The notes: generated by a model not told the origin, from the sequence alone. A stretch of DNA of 63,648 bases, filler included, from Chiloscyllium plagiosum (GCF_004010195.1; 5 parts of one record of this genome joined end to end with filler, not necessarily neighbours in it); one strand, 5' to 3'. Positions 52,660 to 63,648 are shown, counted from the first letter of the whole stretch. Program-made: numbers and translations.

Positions 52660-55600
52660 CCCCTCTCTGATGTGCTGGGGTGTGGGGAGATGTACTCATC
52701 TCTCTCTCTCTCTCTCTCTCTCTGACTCGCTGGGGTGTGGGGAGCTGTACTGGTCTCCCTCGCTTTGATGCGCTGGGGTGTGGGGAGCTGTATGGTCTCC
52801 CTCGCTTTGATGCGCTGGGGTGTGGGGAGCTGTACTGGTCTCTCTCTCTCTGAAGCTCTGGGGTGTGGGGAGCTGTACTGGTCTCTCTCTCTCTGGCCCG
52901 CTGGGGTGTGGGGAACTGTACTGGTCTCCCTCTCTCTGATGTGCTGGGGTGTGGGGAGCTGGTGTTTCTCTCTGATGCGCTGGGAAGCTGTACAGGTCTC
53001 TCTTTCTGACTCGCTGGAGTGTGGAGAGCTGCAGTGGTCTCTCCCTCTCTGATGTGCTGGGGTGTGGGGAGCTGTACTGGTCTCTCCCTCTCTGATGCGC
53101 TGGGGTGTGGGGAGCTGTACTGGTCTCTCTCTCTGTGACCCGCTGGGGTGTGGGGAGCTGAACTGGTCTCCCTCTCTCTGACTCGCTGGGGTGTGGGGAG
53201 CTGTACTGGTCTCCCTCTCATGTGCTGGGATGTGGGCAGCTGTACTGGTCTCTCCCTCTCTGATGCGCTGGGGGGCTGTACTGGTCTCCCTCTCTCTGAT
53301 GCGCTGGGGTGTGGGGAGCTGTACGGTCTCCCTCGCTTTGATGCGCTGGGGTGTGGGGAGCTGTATGGTCTCCCTCGCTTTGATGCGCTGGGGTGTGGGG
53401 AGCTGTATGGTCTCCCTCGCTTTGATGCGCTGGGGTGTGGGGAGCTGTATGGTCTCCCTCGCTTTGATGCGCTGGGGTGTGGGGAGCTGTATGGTCTCCC
53501 TCGCTTTGATGCGCTGGGGTGTGGGGAGCTGTATGGTCTCCCTCGCTTTGATGCGCTGGGGTGTGGGGAGCTGTATGGTCTCCCTCGCTTTGATGCGCTG
53601 GGGTGTGGGGAGCTGTATGGTCTCCCTCGCTTTGATGCGCTGGGGTGTGGGGAGCTGTATGGTCTCCCTCGCTTTGATGCGCTGGGGTGTGGGGAGCTGT
53701 ATGGTCTCCCTCGCTTTGATGCGCTGGGGTGTGGGGAGCTGTATGGTCTCCCTCGCTTTGATGCGCTGGGGTGTGGGGAGCTGTATGGTCTCCCTCGCTT
53801 TGATGCGCTGGGGTGTGGGGAGCTGTATGGTCTCCCTCGCTTTGATGCGCTGGGGTGTGGGGAGCTGTATGGTCTCCCTCGCTTTGATGCGCTGGGGTGT
53901 GGGGAGCTGTATGGTCTCCCTCGCTTTGATGCGCTGGGGTGTGGGGAGCTGTATGGTCTCCCTCGCTTTGATGCGCTGGGGTGTGGGGAGCTGTATGGTC
54001 TCCCTCGCTTTGATGCGCTGGGGTGTGGGGAGCTGTATGGTCTCCCTCGCTTTGATGCGCTGGGGTGTGGGGAGCTGTATGGTCTCCCTCGCTTTGATGC
54101 GCTGGGGTGTGGGGAGCTGTATGGTCTCCCTCGCTTTGATGCGCTGGGGTGTGGGGAGCTGTATGGTCTCCCTCGCTTTGATGCGCTGGGGTGTGGGGAG
54201 CTGTATGGTCTCCCTCGCTTTGATGCGCTGGGGTGTGGGGAGCTGTATGGTCTCCCTCGCTTTGATGCGCTGGGGTGTGGGGAGCTGTATGGTCTCCCTC
54301 GCTTTGATGCGCTGGGGTGTGGGGAGCTGTATGGTCTCCCTCGCTTTGATGCGCTGGGGTGTGGGGAGCTGTATGGTCTCCCTCGCTTTGATGCGCTGGG
54401 GTGTGGGGAGCTGTATGGTCTCCCTCGCTTTGATGCGCTGGGGTGTGGGGAGCTGTATGGTCTCCCTCGCTTTGATGCGCTGGGGTGTGGGGAGCTGTAT
54501 GGTCTCCCTCGCTTTGATGCGCTGGGGTGTGGGGAGCTGTATGGTCTCCCTCGCTTTGATGCGCTGGGGTGTGGGGAGCTGTATGGTCTCCCTCGCTTTG
54601 ATGCGCTGGGGTGTGGGGAGCTGTATGGTCTCCCTCGCTTTGATGCGCTGGGGTGTGGGGAGCTGTATGGTCTCCCTCGCTTTGATGCGCTGGGGTGTGG
54701 GGAGCTGTATGGTCTCCCTCGCTTTGATGCGCTGGGGTGTGGGGAGCTGTATGGTCTCCCTCGCTTTGATGCGCTGGGGTGTGGGGAGCTGTATGGTCTC
54801 CCTCGCTTTGATGCGCTGGGGTGTGGGGAGCTGTATGGTCTCCCTCGCTTTGATGCGCTGGGGTGTGGGGAGCTGTATGGTCTCCCTCGCTTTGATGCGC
54901 TGGGGTGTGGGGAGCTGTATGGTCTCCCTCGCTTTGATGCGCTGGGGTGTGGGGAGCTGTATGGTCTCCCTCGCTTTGATGCGCTGGGGTGTGGGGAGCT
55001 GTATGGTCTCCCTCGCTTTGATGCGCTGGGGTGTGGGGAGCTGTATGGTCTCCCTCGCTTTGATGCGCTGGGGTGTGGGGAGCTGTATGGTCTCCCTCGC
55101 TTTGATGCGCTGGGGTGTGGGGAGCTGTATGGTCTCCCTCGCTTTGATGCGCTGGGGTGTGGGGAGCTGTATGGTCTCCCTCGCTTTGATGCGCTGGGGT
55201 GTGGGGAGCTGTATGGTCTCCCTCGCTTTGATGCGCTGGGGTGTGGGGAGCTGTATGGTCTCCCTCGCTTTGATGCGCTGGGGTGTGGGGAGCTGTATGG
55301 TCTCCCTCGCTTTGATGCGCTGGGGTGTGGGGAGCTGTATGGTCTCCCTCGCTTTGATGCGCTGGGGTGTGGGGAGCTGTATGGTCTCCCTCGCTTTGAT
55401 GCGCTGGGGTGTGGGGAGCTGTATGGTCTCCCTCGCTTTGATGCGCTGGGGTGTGGGGAGCTGTATGGTCTCCCTCGCTTTGATGCGCTGGGGTGTGGGG
55501 AGCTGTATGGTCTCCCTCGCTTTGATGCGCTGGGGTGTGGGGAGCTGTATGGTCTCCCTCGCTTTGATGCGCTGGGGTGTGGGGAGCTGTATGGTCTCCC

Positions 55601-57852
55601 TCGCTTTGATGCGCTGGGGTGTGGGGAGCTGTATGGTCTCCCTCGCTTTGATGCGCTGGGGTGTGGGGAGCTGTATGGTCTCCCTCGCTTTGATGCGCTG
55701 GGGTGTGGGGAGCTGTATGGTCTCCCTCGCTTTGATGCGCTGGGGTGTGGGGAGCTGTATGGTCTCCCTCGCTTTGATGCGCTGGGGTGTGGGGAGCTGT
55801 ATGGTCTCCCTCGCTTTGATGCGCTGGGGTGTGGGGAGCTGTATGGTCTCCCTCGCTTTGATGCGCTGGGGTGTGGGGAGCTGTATGGTCTCCCTCGCTT
55901 TGATGCGCTGGGGTGTGGGGAGCTGTATGGTCTCCCTCGCTTTGATGCGCTGGGGTGTGGGGAGCTGTATGGTCTCCCTCGCTTTGATGCGCTGGGGTGT
56001 GGGGAGCTGTATGGTCTCCCTCGCTTTGATGCGCTGGGGTGTGGGGAGCTGTATGGTCTCCCTCGCTTTGATGCGCTGGGGTGTGGGGAGCTGTATGGTC
56101 TCCCTCGCTTTGATGCGCTGGGGTGTGGGGAGCTGTATGGTCTCCCTCGCTTTGATGCGCTGGGGTGTGGGGAGCTGTATGGTCTCCCTCGCTTTGATGC
56201 GCTGGGGTGTGGGGAGCTGTATGGTCTCCCTCGCTTTGATGCGCTGGGGTGTGGGGAGCTGTATGGTCTCCCTCGCTTTGATGCGCTGGGGTGTGGGGAG
56301 CTGTATGGTCCCCACTGGGATGTGGGGAGCTGTATTGGTTTACCTCTCTCTGACCCACTGGGATGTGGGGAGCTGTACTGGCCTCTCTCTCTCTCTGACC
56401 TGCTGGGGTGTGGGGAGCTGTACTGGTTTCTCTCTCTGATGCACTGTGGTGTGGGGAGCTGTACTGGTTTCTCTCTCTGATGCGCTGGGGTGTGGGGAGC
56501 TGAACTGGTCTCCCTTTCTCTGACTCGCTGGGTTGTGGGGAGCTGTACTGGTCTCTCTGTGACCCGCTGGGATGTGGGGAGCTGTACTGGTCTCTCTCTC
56601 TGTGACCCGCTGGGATGTGGGGAGCTGTACTGGTCTCTCTCTCTGTGACCCGCTGGGGTGTGGGGAGCTGTACTGGTCTCTCTCTGTCTGATGCACTGGG
56701 GTGTGGGGAGCTGTACTGGTCTCGCTCACTCTCTCTGACCCGCTGGGGTGTGGGGAGCTGTACTGGTCTCTCCCTCTCATGTGCTGGGATGTGGGCAGCT
56801 GTACTGGTCTCTCTCTGTCTGATGCGCTGGGGTGTGGGAAGCTATACAGGTCTCTCTCTCTGATTCGCTGGGGTGTGGGGAGCTGTACTGGTCTCGCTCA
56901 CTCTCTCTGATGCGCTGGGGTGTGGGGAGTTGAACTGGTCTCTCTCCCTCTCTGATGCCCTGGGGTGTGGGGAGCTGTACTGGTCTCTCCCTCTCTCTGA
57001 TGCGGTGGGGTGTGGGGAGCTGTACTGGTCTCTCTCTGACTGATGTGCTGGGGTGTGGGGAGCTGTACTGGTATCTCTTTCTCTGTCTCGCACTTGTGTG
57101 GGGAGCTGTACTGGTGTCTCTCACTGATGCGCCTGGGTGTGGGGAGCTGTATTGGTTTACCTCTCTCTGACCCACTGGGATGTGGGGAGCTGTACTGGCC
57201 TCTCTCTCTCTCTGACCCACTGGGATGTGGGGAGCTGTACTGCTATACTGGTCTCCCTCTCTCTGATGTGCTGGGGTGTGGGGAGCTGTACTGGTCTCTC
57301 TCACTGATGCGCCTGGGTGTGGGGAGCTGTACTGGTCTCTCTCTCTCTCTGACCTGCTGGGGTGTGGGGAGCTGTACTGGTTTCTCTCTCTGATGCGCAG
57401 GGGTGTGGGGAGCTGAACTGGTCTCTCTGTGACCCGCTGGGATGTGGGGAGCTGTACTGGTCTCTCTCTCTGTGACCCGCTGGGGCGTGGGGAGCTGTAC
57501 TGGTCTCTCTCTCTCTGGTGCCCTGGGGTGTGGGGAGCTATACTGGTCTCCCTCTCTCTGATGTGCTGGGGTGTGGGGAGCTGTACTGGTCTCTCTCTCT
57601 GTGACCTGCTGGGGCGTGGGGAGCTGTACTGGTCTCTCTCTCTCTGGTGCCCTGGGGTGTGGGGAGCTATACTGGTCTCCCTCTCTCTGATGTGCTGGGG
57701 TGTGGGGAGCTGTACTGGTCTCTCTCTCTCTCTCTCTGATGCGCTGGGGTGTGGGGAGCTGTACTGGTCTCTCTCTCCCTCTCTCTGACCCGTTGGGGTG
57801 TGGGGGTGTACTGGTCTCCCTCTCTCTGACCCGCTGGGGTGTGGGGAGCTGT
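52660..57852. repeat. intronic 42-bp G-rich minisatellite
   Basis: Unit ggtctccctcgctttgatgcgctggggtgtggggagctgtat; 71 apparently identical copies at 53325-56306, with diverged variants on both sides. Confidence 0.97.
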
Positions 57853-57866
57853 AGCCTGTCACTCAC

Positions 57867-57995
57867 GTTCACACTTGCTCTTGTCGTCAGTCCTGGAGCG
57901 GAAACCCGAGGAGCAGCTACAGCTGTAACTGCCGGCGGTATTATTACACAGCTGCTCACAGCCGCCCTTCACAAACTCCCCGCACTCATCGACAT
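57867..57995 (-). CDS. calcium-binding EGF domain exon (phase 1-1)
   Basis: gttctgcag|AT GTC GAT GAG TGC...TGT GAA C|gtgagt; 129 nt; (D)VDECGEFVKGGCEQLCNNTAGSYSCSCSSGFRSRTDDKSKCE with cbEGF DxDEC and CxNxxGSYxC. Confidence 0.92.
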
Positions 57996-59064
57996 CTGCA
58001 GAACGGCAGCAAACAGAGCTCAGAGCGAGGGTCAAGTGACACCCATACCCTTCACTAACCCCCTTCGTCTGCATCACACGCCCCAGTCACGGCTCTGTGA
58101 CTGAATCCGGGGGCAGGGGTGCAGGAGGGGGTGCTGGGGGGGCTAGGAGGAGGGACTGGGAGGCAGGAGGAGTGACTGGGGTCAGGAGAAGGGAGTGTGG
58201 TGCAAGACGAGGGACTGAGGGCAGGAGTAAGGACTTGGGGCAGGAGGAGAGAGTTGGGGACAGGAGGGGGAGTGAGGGGGGCAAAAGTATGGACTGGGGT
58301 AGATGGGGCAGGGTGCAGAGAAAATCAGCCCCAAGCTTGCTGAGTTGGTGTCGCCCCCTTTCAGGGACAGTGCTGAGTGATTGATGGTGTGTCTGTGTTT
58401 GGGTGTGTNNNNNNNNNNNNNNNNNNNNNNNNNNNNNNNNNNNNNNNNNNNNNNNNNNNNNNNNNNNNNNNNNNNNNNNNNNNNNNNNNNNNNNNNNNNN
58501 NNNNNNNNNNNNNNNNNNNNNNNNNNNNNNNNNNNNNNNNNNNNNNNNNNNNNNNNNNNNNNNNNNNNNNNNNNNNNNNNNNNNNNNNNNNNNNNNNNNN
58601 NNNNNNNNNNNNNNNNNNNNNNNNNNNNNNNNNNNNNNNNNNNNNNNNNNNNNNNNNNNNNNNNNNNNNNNNNNNNNNNNNNNNNNNNNNNNNNNNNNNN
58701 NNNNNNNNNNNNNNNNNNNNNNNNNNNNNNNNNNNNNNNNNNNNNNNNNNNNNNNNNNNNNNNNNNNNNNNNNNNNNNNNNNNNNNNNNNNNNNNNNNNN
58801 NNNNNNNNNNNNNNNNNNNNNNNNNNNNNNNNNNNNNNNNNNNNNNNNNNNNNNNNNNNNNNNNNNNNNNNNNNNNNNNNNNNNNNNNNNNNNNNNNNNN
58901 NNNNNNNNNNNNNNNNNNNNNNNNNNNNNNNNNNNNNNNNNNNNNNNNNNNNNNNNNNNNNNNNNNNNNNNNNNNNNNNNNNNNNNNNNNNNNNNNNNNN
59001 NNNNAGTGGGCGGGGGGGGGTTGTGTGTGTGTGTCTGTGTGTGGATGCTGTTGAGAACCAGTAC

Positions 59065-59111
59065 CTGCGGAGAGGGCTCTGTCTTTTCTCTCACTCAGTC
59101 TGATGATGTAC
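59065..59111 (-). CDS. probable small exon of the same gene (phase 2-1)
   Basis: tttctgttaaag|G TAC ATC...GCA G|gtactg; YIIRLSERKDRALSA; last G completes the GAT (Asp) of the cbEGF exon. Confidence 0.5.
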
Positions 59112-59196
59112 CTTTAACAGAAACATTGATGGCATCATCACTGTGCTGTGACACTGTGACTAGACGACTTGAAGATCTCAGGTTCCATCTTACCCT

Positions 59197-59450
59197 GGGT
59201 GGTTAGCACTGCTGCCTGCCAGCGCCAGGGACCCAGGTTCGATTCCAGCCTCAGGCAACTATCCGTGTGGAGTTTGTACATTATCCCGGTGTCTGTGTGG
59301 GTTTCTTCCCACAGTCCAAAGATGTGCAGATCAGGGTGGGTTAACCGTGGAAAATACAGAGTTAGGGGTTGGGGTTTGGAACTGGATGGGATGTCCTTCA
59401 AGATCAGTACAGTCTCAAATGGCCTCTATCCAAACTATCAGGAATCTACT
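59197..59450 (+). mobile_element. decayed V-domain SINE
   Basis: gtggttagcactgctgcc, B box gttcgattcc, partial V domain. Confidence 0.75.
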
Positions 59451-59699
59451 CTGTGATTGCATGTTATAAAGTTATTAATGTTAGCCCAGACACACCTATG
59501 GAATGTAATGTTTGTGTATAATAGTTATCTGTGGTTTCACACTGATACCATGATATCCACACCCAGTTTATTACAACATGACAGATAACAGGCAACAGAA
59601 CATTAAAAACATCACCCAGATAGAGCAAACTCACACTAGGGAGACGGGGAGAGGGGGAAGAGGGGGACACAGACAGGCAGACAGAGTCAATAGGTGTCA

Positions 59700-59845
59700 A
59701 GCTGGGAGAGCACAGCAGATCAGATAGCATTCAAAGAACAGGAACATCAATGTTTTGGGCTGAAGCCCTTCTTCCTGCTCCTCGGATGCTGTCAGAGCTG
59801 CTGTGCTCCCCCAGCTTCACATCCATTGACTCTGGCTTCCAGCAT
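59700..59845. mobile_element. decayed inverted pair of Penelope pLTR fragments
   Basis: Same architecture as 32419-32591. Confidence 0.55.
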
Positions 59846-59973
59846 CTGCAGCCCTTACTGTCTCAAAGATAGATAGAGATAGGTTGACAGAGAAGGAAGA
59901 AGAAAGAGAGAAGCAGAGAGACAGGGAGATGAGCTTGTGAGTGAGTGCCAGTGTTAATCAGAAATCCCCACAC

Positions 59974-60104
59974 CTCATGGTAAGTTCACAAGGGACAGTC
60001 GGAGATGTGGGAGGCGGGGGGATTCCTATTGTTTGACTTACTGACTCAGGAATGGAAACAGACCATAGGCCACTGATTGGGCGCATATACAACTCCCCCC
60101 TCAC
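59974..60104 (-). CDS. probable exon of the same gene (phase 0-2)
   Basis: gtgcag|GTG AGG...ATG AG|gtgtgg; stop-free VRGELYMRPISGLWSVSIPESVSQTIGIPPPPTSPTVPCELTM(R); AG joins the next exon's G to give Arg. The 5' boundary is uncertain. Confidence 0.5.
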
Positions 60105-60172
60105 CTGCACAACTCCCCCCTCACCTGCACAAATCCCCCATCATCTGTACAACTCCCCCCTCACCTGCACAA
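60089..60172. repeat. 20-bp tandem repeat overlapping the candidate splice acceptor
   Basis: (aactcccccctcacctgcac) x4, truncated by a gap. Confidence 0.85.
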
Positions 60173-60272
60173 NNNNNNNNNNNNNNNNNNNNNNNNNNNN
60201 NNNNNNNNNNNNNNNNTTAATTAATTAANNNNNNNNNNNNNNNNNNNNNNNNNNNNNNNNNNNNNNNNNNNN

Positions 60273-60728
60273 GGAGAGGGTGACCAGAGAGACTCTCAGC
60301 TGGAGACAGTTGTGTCTTGATCGCAGATATGGATCGCATCTGGAATAAGGCCACAGGGATTAGCATAACCAGGAGAGGCCAGACTCTGCCATTAATTTGG
60401 CAAGCTTAGTCTTGAGTTTGGTTAAAACATTCAACAATGCCGGCCGCCTGAGGATGATAAGCACCATGCAGTTGCCGACAAACACAAAGCTGGGAACAGA
60501 GTTCTCCGTTAATATTACCTACAAAGTGTGGTCCATTGTCCGAGCTAATGCACGCAGGTATACTGAAGCAGGGAATTATTTCCTTAAACAAAATCTTCAC
60601 CACAGTCTCAGCAGTAGCGTTAGGAGGAGGGTAGGCTTCAATCCACTTCGAAAAGACATCAGCAATAAGCAAAACACATTTATAGCAACTCAACTCATTT
60701 CTACAACTCAATGAAGTCCAGTTGAAGG
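60273..60728 (-). mobile_element. endogenous retrovirus integrase remnant
   Basis: LQLDFIEL..., IADVFSKWIEAYP, KEIIPCFSIP, SSDNGPHF, AYHPQAAGIVE(C)FN, then LKTKLAKL..W...LSPAE across frameshifts. Confidence 0.85.
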
Positions 60729-60893
60729 CCGAGATTGATAGATTCTTGTTGTCTCGAGGAATTAAGGGCTATGGGGAGAATGCTGGTAAGTGGAGCTGAA
60801 ATGCGCATCAGCCATGATTGAATGGCGGAGTGGACTCGATGGGCCGAATGGCCTTACTTCCACTCCTATGTCTTATGGTCTTATGGTCTTATG
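60725..60893 (+). mobile_element. short CR1 3' end
   Basis: aaggccgagattgatagattcttg ... (tatggtct)n tail. Confidence 0.75.
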
Positions 60894-60894
60894 G

Positions 60895-62582
60895 AACAGT
60901 CCATCTTCCGCAGTTACACTGGCACCATTCCCCACCTTTTCCTCCGCTACATTGATGACTGTATCAGTGCTACCTCGTGCTCCCACGAGGGTTGAACAGT
61001 TCATCAACTTCACCAACACATTCCACCGTGACCTCAAATTCACCTGGACCATCTCGGACACCTACCTCTCCTTCCTGGACCTCTACATCTCTATCTCTGG
61101 TGACTGACTAACCACAGACATCTACTACAATCCCATTGACTTCCGCAGCTACCTAGACTACATCTCCTTCCACCCTGCCTCCTGTAAAATTGCCATCACT
61201 TATTCCCAATTCCTCCACCTTCACCACATCTGTTCCCAGGGTGACCAATTCCATCATAAAACATCCCAGATGGCCTCCTTCAAAGATCACAATTTCTCCT
61301 CCCATGTTGTCAATGATGCCGTCTAGCGTATCTCCCCCACTTCCTGCACCTCCATCCGTGAACCCCACCCATCCCAATCGCAACAAGAACAGAACTCCCC
61401 TGGTCGTCACCTTCCACCCCACCAACCTCCAGATACATCACATCATCCTCTGCCACTTCAGCCATCAACATCCAGTCCCCACAGCTCGGGATATATTTCT
61501 CTCCTGACCCCTATCTGCATTTCAGACTTCCTTCTGTGACTCTCTCGTCAATTTCACGCCTCCCCATCAACCCATACCCCACTCCTGTCACCTTTGCCAC
61601 TGCAGGAATTACAAAGCCTGCATCCTCACCTTCCCCCTCACCTCCGTCCAATGTCACAAAGGATCTTTCCATATCTGACAGAAATTTACCTGTACTTCCA
61701 CACGTCATCTACTGTATCCATTGCTCCCAATGTGGTCTCCTCTACTTCAGGGAGACAAGATGCCAACTTATGGATTGTTTCAAAGAACATCTCTGGGATA
61801 CCCACTCCAACCAACCCCACCACCCCGTGGCTGAACACTTCAACTCCCCCTCCCACTCCACCAAGGGCATGCAGATCCTGGGCCTCCTCCATCACCAAAC
61901 CCTAACCACCCAATGTCTGGAGGCAGAATGCCTCATCTGCAACCTTGGGACACAGCAACCACACGGGATCAATGTTGATTTCACCAGTTTCCTCATTTCC
62001 TCTCCCCCGACATTATCCCAATCCCAAGTCCCCAACTAAGTTGACACAGTGGTTAACACTGTTGCCTCAGAGTGCCAGGGGCCTGGGTTCGATTCCCACC
62101 TTGGGTGACTGGCTGTGTGGAGTTTGTACATTCTCCCCATGTCTGTGTGGGTTTCCTCCCACAATCCAGAGATGTGCAGGCTGGGCGATTTTGGCCATGT
62201 TAAATTGCCCATAGTGTTAGCTGCATTAGTCGGAATAAAATGTAGAGGAATGGGTGTAGGTGGGTTACTCTCCGGAGTCTCGGTGTGAACTTTTGAAGGG
62301 CCTGTTTCCATACTGTAGGGAATCTAAACTAGAAAAAAACTCTTGACCTGTCCATCATCTGTCCACTCCACCCTCTTCTCCCTCACCTCCATCTACCTAT
62401 CGTATTCTCAGCTACCTTCCCCCCCCCCCCCCCCCCCCCACCCCAACCCATCCCCATCCCATTTATCTCTCAGCCCCTGGTCCACAACCTCATTCCTGAT
62501 GAAGGGCTTTTTCCTGAAATGTTGATTCTCCTGCTACTTGGATGTTGCCTGACCTGCTGTGCTTTTCCAGCACCACATTCTT
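60895..62582 (+). mobile_element. Penelope (Neptune-like) element: RT thumb, GIY-YIG, pLTR; decayed, SINE-interrupted
   Basis: RYIDD, LKFTWTIS..LSFLDL, VIYCIHCSQCGLLY, HPVAEHFNSPSH, QPHGINVDF; hammerhead-like motif at 62496-62523. Confidence 0.85.
62041..62332 (+). mobile_element. V-domain SINE inserted in the Penelope element
   Basis: cagtggttaacactg, gggttcgattccc, V-domain remnant, gggaatcta tail. Confidence 0.8.
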
Positions 62583-63229
62583 GACAGTGTTTGAAGTGAC
62601 AAGACCTGATTTTCTGCATGATGTGGGGGTACCGGTGTTGAACTGGGANNNNNNNNNNNNNNNNNNNNNNNNNNNNNNNNNNNNNNNNNNNNNNNNNNNN
62701 NNNNNNNNNNNNNNNNNNNNNNNNNNNNNNNNNNNNNNNNNNNNNNNNNNNNNNNNNNNNNNNNNNNNNNNNNNNNNNNNNNNNNNNNNNNNNNNNNNNN
62801 NNNNNNNNNNNNNNNNNNNNNNNNNNNNNNNNNNNNNNNNNNNNNNNNNNNNNNNNNNNNNNNNNNNNNNNNNNNNNNNNNNNNNNNNNNNNNNNNNNNN
62901 NNNNNNNNNNNNNNNNNNNNNNNNNNNNNNNNNNNNNNNNNNNNNNNNNNNNNNNNNNNNNNNNNNNNNNNNNNNNNNNNNNNNNNNNNNNNNNNNNNNN
63001 NNNNNNNNNNNNNNNNNNNNNNNNNNNNNNNNNNNNNNNNNNNNNNNNNNNNNNNNNNNNNNNNNNNNNNNNNNNNNNNNNNNNNNNNNNNNNNNNNNNN
63101 NNNNNNNNNNNNNNNNNNNNNNNNNNNNNNNNNNNNNNNNNNNNNNNNGGAGACTGAATGTAATCTGTTGCAGGAACACTGTTAGTGTGAGCTGATTTAA
63201 ATGGCCAGATGAAACCTGTAAGATACAGA

Positions 63230-63350
63230 ATGTGGAGGTGCTGGTGTTAGACTGAGGTGGACAAAGTAAAAAAAATCACATGACTGTAGGTCAAATAAAG
63301 TTATTTGAAATTGTAACCTTTCAGAGCAATGCTCCTTCATCAGGTGAAGT
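63230..63350 (-). mobile_element. Penelope pLTR fragment with hammerhead-like motif
   Basis: Reverse-complement homologue of 575-695; minus strand CACCTGATGAAGGAGCATTGCTCTGAAAGG. Confidence 0.55.
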
Positions 63351-63648
63351 GTGAGATGGCATACCAATACAGAGTTTATAAGCAGAGGCATCAAAAGATC
63401 ATAGAATTGGTGTAAGATGGCTGATGGAGAACTCTGTCAGAAAGAAAATGCAAGTTTCAACTGATGAAGGAGCAAATTCAGAATCTGTTTCAAGTCACTG
63501 CTCCAAGATAATGAAGGGTTTTATCAGTGCCTGCCTAACTTTCCAAACGTCAGTCAGGCCGAGATACAAGGGTGACATTTCAGATCAGACACTGAATTGT
63601 TGGTGTGAGGCCTTCAGGGTCTGTCTCCGAGTTTTACATCAGGCAGGT

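Noticed and set aside
53325..56306. CRISPR-like array
   Set aside because: Head-to-tail identical units without unique spacers, in a eukaryotic context with no cas genes.
52596..56480. 1000-1200-aa repetitive ORFs on both strands
   Set aside because: By-product of a 42-bp unit (multiple of 3) lacking stops in several frames; the array lies in an intron.
60036..60041. Consensus GTAAGT donor inside the candidate exon
   Set aside because: Would end in phase 0, incompatible with the next candidate exon; cannot be excluded without RNA data.

Overview
Repeat-dense vertebrate genomic DNA, most likely a cartilaginous fish (shark). This is inferred from the mix of CR1 LINEs, tRNA-derived V-domain SINEs and Penelope-like elements. 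The assembly is fragmented, with N-gaps and four artificial TTAATTAATTAA scaffold linkers. Most of the window is decayed, nested CR1 sequence. Host coding content has two parts. (1) An intact single-coding-exon rapunzel-family gene on the minus strand (41197-42372, 391 aa) with a C-terminal extension that looks like two tandem dynein-light-chain-like modules. (2) Two clear and two probable minus-strand exons (52393-60104) of an EGF/cbEGF-repeat protein gene; one of its introns is almost entirely a 42-bp G-rich minisatellite. Also present: a solo LTR with a 5-bp TSD, a retroviral integrase remnant, and many Penelope pseudo-LTR fragments carrying minimal hammerhead-ribozyme motifs, often as ~130-bp TSD-flanked insertions or inverted pairs. 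TE boundaries are approximate unless a TSD is given.
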